Assembly (NCBI GenBank): GCA_944329195.1
Contig: CALVHX010000002.1
Coordinates: 1 to 58,158, forward strand
Reading direction: 5' to 3'
Source of the DNA: an uncultured Bacilli bacterium
GTDB lineage: Bacteria; Bacillota_I; Bacilli_A; RF39; UBA660
Length of the DNA: 58,158 bases
The position numbers and the translations under genes are program-made. This document shows positions 27,944 through 35,943 of the stretch, in pieces; position 1 is the first letter of the stretch; each line of letters opens with the position of its first letter. The notes under the pieces were generated by a model. That model ran no database searches. It had not been told where the DNA came from and worked only from the letters and a program-made list of their open reading frames with translations.

Positions 27944-28644
27944 TAAATATTATTAATCATTTTTTCAACTTCTTTTATATCGGAAGATATACTCCCTATC
28001 ATAACTCCATTTATGCTGTCAATATTTATGATATCATTAATATTGCTGCTTGTTACAGAACCACCATAAATAATATTGGGTTTAGTCTTATATTTTTTTT
28101 CGAGATATTCTGATATAAAAGTTGTTATTTCTTTTATCTTATCGATACTTGGAAGAACTCCTGTACTAATAGCATATATTGGTTCATATGCGAAAGTAAT
28201 AAACTCTATATTTTGAATATCTTTTAGATACGAATCTAATAGTAATGGTATTTTATCATGATAATCTTCATCCATGTCTTCTCCGAAACATAGAATTGGA
28301 AAGATATTGGAATCTAAAGATTCTATTAGCTTCAGGTTAATAGTCTTTTTATTTTCATTAGAATCGATAATTCGCTCGTGATGCCCTATTATTACATATT
28401 CTATGCCAAGTGATTTTAACTGAATACTCGATATTTCACCAGTGTGATTTTTAGTAATGTCATAGTGCATGTTTTGAGCCCCTACTGCCCACTGGGAATT
28501 ATTAAGAAACGCTTCTAAATAGATATTTGAAGGACATATAATTATGTCATTTTCTGTATCTATGTTATTTGTCATTTCAATATAGTTATATAAATCTTCG
28601 TATAAAAGACTCGCTTTGTGATTAAATACTATTATTTTTTTCAT
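27943..28644 (-). CDS. tpiA: Triosephosphate isomerase (divergent)
   Basis: FNHKA (N/K), IIGHHERI (His), AYEPIYAISTG (Glu), IYGGSV. The residues are catalytic-like but the sequence is short and atypical. Confidence 0.7.
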   Translation of the reverse strand: MKKIIVFNHKASLLYEDLYNYIEMTNNIDTENDIIICPSNIYLEAFLNNSQWAVGAQNMHYDITKNHTGEISSIQLKSLGIEYVIIGHHERIIDSNENKKTINLKLIESLDSNIFPILCFGEDMDEDYHDKIPLLLDSYLKDIQNIEFITFAYEPIYAISTGVLPSIDKIKEITTFISEYLEKKYKTKPNIIYGGSVTSSNINDIINIDSINGVMIGSISSDIKEVEKMINNI

Positions 28645-29654
28645 GCTTTTTTACTCCTTCCCCATAAAATAGCTATAATTCCACCCGCTATTAAGGGGAT
28701 ATAGTATGTTACTAATCTCCATAACAGCATGTATGTCATTATAACTGATTCTTCTAATAGACCTTTGAATAGATAAATAAAACAGTATTCTGCTGCGCCG
28801 CTATTGCCCGGGGTTACTATTAGTAAACTCATCATTCTAACGTACGTTACTAAAATAAATAGATTTATAATATCGATGCTATTTATTTTTATAGATAGTG
28901 CCAGCGGCCATATTGATAAGTAGAAAAATAAGAAAGATAGAACATTAATTCCAAGTAATTTGATAAATAGCTTGCGATCCTTTCGAAGTTTATCTACACT
29001 ATCATCAAAGTTGTTTAAGTAACTATCAACTTTTTTCCTTGTCGCGTCAATATTTTTTATTATTTTTATTTTGTGAAGAAATAATAATCCTTTCTTCATA
29101 ATAAAGTGGTTAAATTTTTTATTATAAGCTAGTAGATAAAAGAAGACTAACCCAATAATATTTGCGACAAAACTAATTATAACACTCAAATTGACAAATG
29201 AATTATTAGGAACGATATTAGTAAATATGTTTAAGATAACTGCTAATATATTGACTATTATTAGAGACATTTGATATAAAATAAACTTTTGGATGACTAT
29301 GTTAGAGGCTTTTCCATAAGGAAGCCCTGCTCTTTTCAAATAGAAAATCTCAAATGATTCACCACCAACTGAACTAGGTGTTATTCCTGCAAAAAAAGGG
29401 TATATGAGGCAAATCTCGAGCATTTTCTTTTTACTTACACTATCTTTTTCTTTTTTAGCTAGAAGATAAGTTGTTTCCGCAATTAGGTATTTGGAAAAGA
29501 ATACAAATAATATTCCTCCCATTAGGTAAAATACGTCTATACTCGATAATATCTTTATTATGTCGTAATAGTCATCCTTCAATGTGAAATATAGTATTAA
29601 AACAAAGATTATTATAACTATTACTAGATATACACTAACTTTTTTATCCTTCAT
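28641..29654 (-). CDS. UPF0104 / lysyl-phosphatidylglycerol-synthase-TM-region family membrane protein (flippase-like)
   Basis: 337 aa, about 8 TM; TPSSVGGESFE and TPGNSGAAEY motifs; start overlaps the pgk stop by 11 nt, stop overlaps the tpiA start by 4 nt. Confidence 0.65.
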   Translation of the reverse strand: MKDKKVSVYLVIVIIIFVLILYFTLKDDYYDIIKILSSIDVFYLMGGILFVFFSKYLIAETTYLLAKKEKDSVSKKKMLEICLIYPFFAGITPSSVGGESFEIFYLKRAGLPYGKASNIVIQKFILYQMSLIIVNILAVILNIFTNIVPNNSFVNLSVIISFVANIIGLVFFYLLAYNKKFNHFIMKKGLLFLHKIKIIKNIDATRKKVDSYLNNFDDSVDKLRKDRKLFIKLLGINVLSFLFFYLSIWPLALSIKINSIDIINLFILVTYVRMMSLLIVTPGNSGAAEYCFIYLFKGLLEESVIMTYMLLWRLVTYYIPLIAGGIIAILWGRSKKA

Positions 29655-30822
29655 TATCTACTTCTTCTATTCCTATTAATTTACCATCCTCTATATACTT
29701 TAGCGTTGCTCCACCACCAGTAGATATGTGATAAAAGGAAGATGAATATCCTAGCTTATTAGCGGCAGATGCTGTATCTCCTCCTCCAACTAATGTTTTT
29801 ATTTTGTTTTTCTCCAAAATTTTAAACACTTGTTTTGTTCCATCTGAAAATCTTTTATCTTCAAAAAGCCCCATTGGACCGTTTATTATTACTCTTTTAG
29901 CGGTCTTTAGTTCCTTCTCAAAAGCTTTGATAGTTTTAGGACCAATATCATAGCCTACATCTTCATCAGAAAAATTTTCAATATCTTTTACTTCGACATT
30001 TATATTATCTTTACTAACTTTAAAATCTTTTGGTAAGAGTATTTTTTGTGGATACTTTTTAAGTATTTTGGTACAAAAAGATAGATGTTCATTTGCTATT
30101 ATTGAAGAGCCTATATTATATCCAAGTGCTTTTAAAAAGGTAAAAGACATGGCACCACCGATTAGTAATTTATCGCATTTTTCTAATAATTTTTCAATTA
30201 ATGTTATTTTGTCTTCAACTTTTTTTCCTCCTAAAATGACGATAAATGGATGTGCTTTGCTATTTAAAATAGAATCTATCTTCCTTAGCTCTTTTTCAAC
30301 TAAAAATCCAACACCACTAGGTAGATACTTTGGTATGCCGACAATAGAAGCATGCTTTCTATGACATGAACCATATGCATCATTTATAAATATATCACCT
30401 AAAGAGGCCCAGTATTTAGAGAGTTCTAAATCGCACTTGGATTCTTTTTCTCCATTTAAATCTTCAAACCTAGTATTTTCAATTAATAATACTTCTTTTT
30501 CTTTAAGATTTCTAACTTTATCTTTTAATTTAATACCACTAGTCTCTCTTGAGAAAAGAACCGGTTGATTTAAATATTCAGATAACTTTATTGAAACTGG
30601 ATATAGGCTATTATCTTTTTTGTCCTCTTCTTTTTTTACTTTTCCTAGATGTGATAATAGAACTACTTTGGCAGATGCATTAATAGCATACTTTATTGTT
30701 CTTAAACTTGATCTTATTCTCGTGTCATCAGTTATGATGCCATCTGTCATTGGAACATTTAAATCACATCTTATTATTACTGTTTTGCTTTTTAATTCAA
30801 AATCTTTTATTGTCTTTTTCAT
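29644..30822 (-). CDS. pgk: Phosphoglycerate kinase
   Basis: VIIRCDLNVP, LSHLGKV, HRKHAS, GGGDTASA, STGGGA. Confidence 0.95.
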   Translation of the reverse strand: MKKTIKDFELKSKTVIIRCDLNVPMTDGIITDDTRIRSSLRTIKYAINASAKVVLLSHLGKVKKEEDKKDNSLYPVSIKLSEYLNQPVLFSRETSGIKLKDKVRNLKEKEVLLIENTRFEDLNGEKESKCDLELSKYWASLGDIFINDAYGSCHRKHASIVGIPKYLPSGVGFLVEKELRKIDSILNSKAHPFIVILGGKKVEDKITLIEKLLEKCDKLLIGGAMSFTFLKALGYNIGSSIIANEHLSFCTKILKKYPQKILLPKDFKVSKDNINVEVKDIENFSDEDVGYDIGPKTIKAFEKELKTAKRVIINGPMGLFEDKRFSDGTKQVFKILEKNKIKTLVGGGDTASAANKLGYSSSFYHISTGGGATLKYIEDGKLIGIEEVDNEG

Positions 30823-30919
30823 TTTTTCTCCTCGATTATGATTATACTATATTTTTTTTTAGAAGTAAATTGTTAGTCTATATTTTATTTTATTTAATAA
30901 AATTATGGTGAGGGATACT

Positions 30920-31852
30920 ATGAAAAATGTAATTGAATTTTATTATAATATATCTTGCTTGGATCTTCATAGAAAAGATGGTTATTATTTTTTTAAATTC
31001 AATAATAATAATTTTACTTTTATCCCTTACTTTGGGGATATTAATAAAATCGAAGATATTTATAATCTTAACTTCCATTTATCAAAAGTAATTAAGATCG
31101 ATAATATTATCTTGAATAGATATAATAATCCAATTACAATAGTAGATGGTGATAATTATGTTCTAATTACAAATAACATCCAAAAAGAATTGAGATTACC
31201 TGATATATCGAATATAGCAAATATACCAATTTTTAACATAAAACAAAATAATAGTTCCCTTAAGAGAAAGAATTGGGATATTTTGTGGGGAAATAAAATC
31301 GATTATTTTGAGGCACAAGTTGGTGAGAATGAAAAACGTTATCCCCTGATTAGAGAATCTTTTGATTATTTTGTTGGGCTTGGAGAGACCGCAATAGCGT
31401 ATCTTGTGAATACTAAAAGAGAAGTTAAACCCACTGGATACGATGAAATGGTAATATCTCACGTTTCTTTGTCTGATTCTATTTATAGCCCACTTAATAT
31501 TATTTTAGATCATAAAGCAAGAGATTTAGCAGAATATATTAAGTTGGCTTTTTTTAATAGAAATTATAATATTTTTAAAGAGTTGGATGAATATTTTTAT
31601 TATAATTATTATTCGGAGTATGGTATTAGGATTTTGTACTCTAGAATTTTATATCCTAGTTTTTACTTTGATGTATATGATAAGATAATTAGTGGAAATG
31701 CTGAAGAGAAAGCTTTAAATAAGATAATTAATGCAATTGACGATTATGAATCTTATTTATATAGTATCCAATTATACTTAAAAAAGTTTTACAATATTCC
31801 AGAAATTGAATGGTTAAAAAAAAGAGGCATTAATCCTCATTTACAACTTTAA
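30920..31852 (+). CDS. Hypothetical protein, possibly CotS/YutH-like spore-coat kinase-fold protein
   Basis: Start at the ATG after GGTGAGGGA. There is only loose resemblance around ISHVSLSDS...NIILDHKARDLAEYI, and the canonical HxDxxxxN is not evident. Confidence 0.3.
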   Translation: MKNVIEFYYNISCLDLHRKDGYYFFKFNNNNFTFIPYFGDINKIEDIYNLNFHLSKVIKIDNIILNRYNNPITIVDGDNYVLITNNIQKELRLPDISNIANIPIFNIKQNNSSLKRKNWDILWGNKIDYFEAQVGENEKRYPLIRESFDYFVGLGETAIAYLVNTKREVKPTGYDEMVISHVSLSDSIYSPLNIILDHKARDLAEYIKLAFFNRNYNIFKELDEYFYYNYYSEYGIRILYSRILYPSFYFDVYDKIISGNAEEKALNKIINAIDDYESYLYSIQLYLKKFYNIPEIEWLKKRGINPHLQL

Positions 31853-32066
31853 CTATTTCCGGTATTTCACTTATTAATGCTGTTTCAATCCCATCTTCCA
31901 ATGTAGACGAGGCAAGGGGACAGTTTGAACAGGCACCGACTAGTGTCACATATACCACTCCATTTTCATATCTATTAAATTTTACCGAGCCGCCATCGTT
32001 TTCTAAATATGGCTTTAGCCTATCAAGTACTTCATTTATTCTCTTTTCAATATCTTTTTCTTTCAT
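31830..32066 (-). CDS. NifU-like (Nfu C-terminal domain) iron-sulfur cluster protein
   Basis: VLDRLKPYLENDGGSV...LVGACSNCPLASSTL CxxC motif; start after GGTAGGTGA. Confidence 0.85.
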   Translation of the reverse strand: MKEKDIEKRINEVLDRLKPYLENDGGSVKFNRYENGVVYVTLVGACSNCPLASSTLEDGIETALISEIPEIVKVVNED

Positions 32067-32168
32067 TTTATCACCTACCAACATTATATATTTTTTTTTA
32101 AAAAAGCACAAGTGAATATTTTAAAAATGGTAAAAAAGTGATATAATAATCGATGTAAGGAAGATATT

Positions 32169-32525
32169 ATGGAAAAGATAAAGGAAAAAGATATTGTTAA
32201 AGTTACCGTTACGGGAGTACAAAAATATGGGGCTTTTGTAAATACAGAAAACTACGAAGGATTAATTCATATTTCGGAAATATCTTATGGATTTGTTAAG
32301 AATGTTAATGATTATTTAAAGGTCGGCGATAATATTTTCGCAGAAGTTGTTGAGGTCGATGATAAAGAAAATCATTTAAAACTTAGTATAAAAGATATTG
32401 ATTATAAAAGAGATGGCTCTAAGCTCAAAAGAATGGCAGAAACGAAAAATGGATTTAAGCCACTTAAAGATAATTTAGATATATGGATTAATGAAAAGAT
32501 AAAGGAACTTACAGATAAAATGTAA
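32169..32525 (+). CDS. S1 RNA-binding domain protein (YabR / general stress protein 13-like)
   Basis: VTVTGVQKYGAFVNT...GLIHISEIS...VKNV...LKVGD S1 fold. Confidence 0.85.
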   Translation: MEKIKEKDIVKVTVTGVQKYGAFVNTENYEGLIHISEISYGFVKNVNDYLKVGDNIFAEVVEVDDKENHLKLSIKDIDYKRDGSKLKRMAETKNGFKPLKDNLDIWINEKIKELTDKM

Positions 32526-32551
32526 AAAAATAAAAAATATTTATAAATTGC

Positions 32552-32581
32552 TTGACAAAGAATAGTAACAAATGGTATATT
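32552..32581 (+). promoter_or_regulatory. Sigma-A promoter of the tRNA-Val/Thr pair
   Basis: TTGACA 32552..32557, extended -10 TGgTATATT 32573..32581. Confidence 0.6.
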
Positions 32582-32601
32582 ATTGATTGTCACGAAGCAA
32601 T

Positions 32602-32678
32602 GGGCGATTAGCTCAGTTGGTTAGAGCACCTGCCTTACAAGCAGGGGGTCATAGGTTCGAGTCCTATATCGCCCACCA
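32602..32678 (+). tRNA. tRNA-Val (TAC), CCA encoded
   Basis: GGGCGATTAGCTCAGTTGGT...; anticodon loop CTTACAA; GGTTCGAGTCC T-arm. Confidence 0.9.
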
Positions 32679-32682
32679 TTGT

Positions 32683-32758
32683 GCCGAAATAGCTCAATCG
32701 GTAGAGCAACTGACTTGTAATCAGTAGGTTACGGGTTCAATTCCTGTTTTCGGCACCA
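32683..32758 (+). tRNA. tRNA-Thr (TGT), CCA encoded
   Basis: GCCGAAA/TTTCGGC acceptor; anticodon loop CTTGTAA; GGTTCAATTCC T-arm. Confidence 0.9.
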
Positions 32759-32768
32759 TTTGAAGATA

Positions 32769-32804
32769 ACTTACGAACTGTTAAAGGCTCGTAAGTTTTA
32801 TTTT
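32769..32804 (+). terminator. Intrinsic terminator after tRNA-Thr
   Basis: ACTTACGA ... TCGTAAGT stem followed by TTTATTTT. Confidence 0.6.
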
Positions 32805-32926
32805 GGTAAAAAAATTCACATCTTCTTTTGATGACAAATGGAATTTGTAGAATAAAAGTATTAAAAATGAAAAAGAGCTATGCAAAATATTTATCTAATG
32901 GTATAATATTTATGGTGAGGTGAAAT

Positions 32927-33446
32927 ATGAACTACAATGATTTAAGCAAAGAAATGCAAACATTTCTTAATAAAGCAATGGATATATACTCCGCAATCAA
33001 AGATAGAGTAATAAGAAGGGATGTTAAATATATCACTAAAACAATAAACTATGAATTTTGAATATAATGGTAATTTATTAGAAGAAGAGAGAATTAAACT
33101 TGTTGCAAATGAAATAGTTAATAAATATCCACAGATTAGTTTTGAAAAAGCAAAAGAAGCTGCGATGCTCGAAGGCAAAATTTCTGATTATAAAACAGTT
33201 AATGATGAACTTAATAGATTATATAATATTATGTTAGTCAATTGTGATAATAAAAATATAGTATCTTTTGTCTATAAGGATTTTCTCAATTTATTAAATA
33301 ACAGTAATATAGAAGAATATAATAATACCTACATTTCTTTAACAGATGGAATAAATGATTATCTTCAAAATTATGGTGAATTTCCTTTTTTAAGTGATTA
33401 TCTTCAAAATTATGGTGAATTTCCTTTTTTAAGTGATTATCAATAA
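32927..33446 (+). pseudogene. Hypothetical gene split by a +1 frameshift in a T4 run (44-aa ORF 32927..33061 plus 131-aa ORF 33051..33446)
   Basis: TGgTATAAT promoter and GGTGAGGTG SD serve only the first ORF. The second ORF has no SD. Removing one T of 33056..33059 gives continuous ...NYEFEYNGNLL... Confidence 0.55.
33357..33434 (+). repeat. Perfect 39-bp tandem duplication (2 copies plus a 6-bp partial third) at the 3' end of the frameshifted gene
   Basis: GATTATCTTCAAAATTATGGTGAATTTCCTTTTTTAAGT twice, encoding DYLQNYGEFPFLS x2. Confidence 0.95.
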
Positions 33447-33540
33447 AAAGGATTTAAAATGATATTAAAAGTTTTTGAAATTATCTGGCTTTTATTACTT
33501 ATGTGATAAAATTAGATTGTGTAAGGGATAAGGTGTCTTT

Positions 33541-34035
33541 ATGAAAAGAAAAGTAATTTTTATATTAGTAATTGTTATACTATTAATAGGTGCAATAGTT
33601 ATTTGGCTTAATAGTAGTAGCGATTTGAGTAAATACGCACGTACCGTCGGACTTAAAAAAAATGATGACTATATGATTGGTGTTGCTTTACTTGACAATA
33701 AAGATGAATACATTAATTATATTGGTACCAATGAAAAATTAGAATATTATGAACTAGAAGGTCAAGATATATATTTAGTTATACCAAAATATAAAGATAG
33801 CACGATTAATGTTTATGAAGCTAGATTAGATGACAATGGAAATCTTGTCAAAAATAGTTTATTATTTACGACTTATAATCCATTTGTTATTAAATGTAAC
33901 GTCTCTGATATTATACCTTCCATTATTTTAGAAGTATCTTACAATGATAAGGTGATTGAATATTCGCCTAGTTTAAGTTTGAAAGATGGAAGTTTATTTG
34001 TGACAGATGATGTATTAAATATTACTAAAGACTAA
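33541..34035 (+). CDS. Membrane-anchored hypothetical protein
   Basis: 164 aa; N-terminal TM VIFILVIVILLIGAIVIWL; no recognised motif. Confidence 0.5.
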   Translation: MKRKVIFILVIVILLIGAIVIWLNSSSDLSKYARTVGLKKNDDYMIGVALLDNKDEYINYIGTNEKLEYYELEGQDIYLVIPKYKDSTINVYEARLDDNGNLVKNSLLFTTYNPFVIKCNVSDIIPSIILEVSYNDKVIEYSPSLSLKDGSLFVTDDVLNITKD

Positions 34036-34060
34036 ATTTTTTCTAATGCTAACACTAAAA

Positions 34061-34226
34061 TAGGTAACTATTTAGTCTTTCATAATATAATAAGCTTTTT
34101 AGATTCCATAATATTAGGATTTCAAATTGGTAGGAAAATTTAAAACCTGATTTTTCCCTTTTGTAATATATATTTTCTTTGTTTTTTAAATGTAATTCAC
34201 GACATTAAGATCTAAATAGTTACCTA
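34061..34226. repeat. 15-bp perfect inverted repeat pair enclosing 136 bp of non-coding DNA upstream of the tRNA cluster
   Basis: TAGGTAACTATTTAG 34061..34075 and CTAAATAGTTACCTA 34212..34226. Confidence 0.8.
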
Positions 34227-34338
34227 AAATAGATAGATAAATAAAAAATAGATAAAAAATTAACTAAAAAACACTTGATTTTCTTAATAAATATGATATA
34301 ATTATTAGGCAAGCACAATTTAGTGCCTAGCTTTATTT

Positions 34339-34422
34339 GGAGGGATAGCGAAGTGGTCAAACGCGGCAGACTGTAAATCTGTTCCTTCGGGTTCCATGGT
34401 TCAAATCCATGTCCCTCCACCA
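34339..34422 (+). tRNA. tRNA-Tyr (GTA), long variable arm, CCA encoded
   Basis: GGAGGGA/TCCCTCC acceptor; anticodon loop CTGTAAA; GGTTCAAATCC T-arm; TGaTATAAT promoter upstream. Confidence 0.9.
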
Positions 34423-34434
34423 CTTTATTTTTAT

Positions 34435-34509
34435 TGCCTCGTAGCCAAGCGGTAAGGCACCACACTTTGACTGTGGCATTCGTAAGTTCGAATCTTGCCG
34501 AGGCAACCA
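34435..34509 (+). tRNA. tRNA-Gln (TTG), CCA encoded
   Basis: TGCCTCG/CGAGGCA acceptor with U1-A72; anticodon loop CTTTGAC. Confidence 0.9.
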
Positions 34510-34517
34510 GCTTTATT

Positions 34518-34593
34518 GCTCCGTTAGCTCAGTCGGTAGAGCATTTGACTTTTAATCAAAGGGTCATGCGTTCAAGTCGCATACGGGGCACCA
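34518..34593 (+). tRNA. tRNA-Lys (TTT), CCA encoded
   Basis: GCTCCGT/ACGGGGC acceptor; anticodon loop CTTTTAA; GCGTTCAAGTCGC T-arm. Confidence 0.9.
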
Positions 34594-34606
34594 CTATGTT
34601 GATATT

Positions 34607-34635
34607 AGCTAACTATAATTAGTTAGTTTTTTTAT
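34607..34635 (+). terminator. Intrinsic terminator after the tRNA-Tyr/Gln/Lys cluster
   Basis: AGCTAACT ... AGTTAGTT stem followed by TTTTTT. Confidence 0.55.
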
Positions 34636-34654
34636 AGACTTTATCATTATTTTT

Positions 34655-35419
34655 TTAATTAATCATTTTCTTTCTAAATTTTCTATATGCACATAGCATT
34701 TCTTCATTATTTAAGTAATTCGATAATAAAATTTCCCATTGTTTTTTATACAATAAATATTTATCATCCGTTATTTTAGAAAATAGTGATAATATTGCAA
34801 AATTGTTTTTATTTATAAAGCATATTTCTTCAAGCAATAAAATTAAATTATACACACTATCATCATTTTTTAAATCTACTTTTTCTACATCCATGTCTAC
34901 CTTTTTAAATTCTTCCTCTAAATCTTTAGACAGATTTAAATAGTTATAATAAAAGTTATTGACTATCATTAAATTATAATTACGTAAGAAATAATCTATA
35001 AATTGGTAATCTCCGTAGTATTTCTTTGATAAAAAGGTATTGTTTTCATCGCTTTTTACACATTGTGATACTATTGTGACAACAGATGATGACATTGGAA
35101 AAATTTCAGTAAAATAAGAAATAAAACTATCTATAATACAAATAAACTGTTCTTCTGCTGTCAGCTGTCTTTTTTTTACTAATGAAGAATTTATTTCTAC
35201 TTTTATGTTATCTAATAAATAAATTTGTTCATCCAATGCCCCATCACTTATTATTTGAAATATTATACCCTTATGAAGTATTAATTGCGATGCTCCTATT
35301 TTTTTATAGATCTTTCTCTTTTTTAATTTAATAACTGTTTTCTTACTAATTTTTTTATTTATAAACTTTACTGGAATATTAAAAAAAGAATTTTTTTTAC
35401 TATCATTTGTCTTGTTCAT
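34655..35419 (-). CDS. Hypothetical protein (basic N-terminus, helical C-terminus)
   Basis: 254-aa ORF; no recognised motif. Confidence 0.45.
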   Translation of the reverse strand: MNKTNDSKKNSFFNIPVKFINKKISKKTVIKLKKRKIYKKIGASQLILHKGIIFQIISDGALDEQIYLLDNIKVEINSSLVKKRQLTAEEQFICIIDSFISYFTEIFPMSSSVVTIVSQCVKSDENNTFLSKKYYGDYQFIDYFLRNYNLMIVNNFYYNYLNLSKDLEEEFKKVDMDVEKVDLKNDDSVYNLILLLEEICFINKNNFAILSLFSKITDDKYLLYKKQWEILLSNYLNNEEMLCAYRKFRKKMIN

Positions 35420-35643
35420 AATTTTCCTTTCTTTTTATAGTAATAAAATTCTTTAATTTAATTTTATTCCTATTCATAGATTATCGTGGTTGATAAGTAG
35501 CATTTATTTTAACATGGTATTAAATACATCCAATTGTCTTAATGTCTCTTTACCTTTTTATAAATTATTTATATTTAAGTTAACTATTTGATAACAAAAA
35601 AAGAAAAGATTTTTTAGTTGTACACTGGAAATCATTTCTTTTT

Positions 35644-35934
35644 TTATTTTACTTTTTCTTTTAACTTCTTTAAAATGAAATACCGGCAATCTACTGCACA
35701 ATCTTGATTTAAATATTTGCTTAAATTTTCGTAATTATTTATTGGTTTAGCTTTTTTGTTACTTGCTTCATAAAACCCTTTGAGTCTTAATTTATTGTAA
35801 GCAATATCCCCTACTATATAGTCATAATCTTCATAATAATCAGTATAATGCTCAATAAAATCATTTAAGTCAAATCCGTTTTTATAATCTTTAATTAGCT
35901 CATACTTTTTGTTTTCTACTTCTATTATCTTCAT
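35644..35934 (-). CDS. YutD-like protein (DUF1027)
   Basis: YELIKDYKNGFDLNDF...YDYIVGDIAYNKLRLKGFY matches the YutD pattern. Confidence 0.7.
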   Translation of the reverse strand: MKIIEVENKKYELIKDYKNGFDLNDFIEHYTDYYEDYDYIVGDIAYNKLRLKGFYEASNKKAKPINNYENLSKYLNQDCAVDCRYFILKKLKEKVK

Positions 35935-35943
35935 GTCATTCTC

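Noticed and set aside
30890-31078. 62-aa minus-strand ORF at the pgk-divergent region, and the 88-aa ORF at 31196..31462
   Set aside because: Both are antisense to the better-supported 30920..31852 ORF, lack an SD and have low-complexity sequence.
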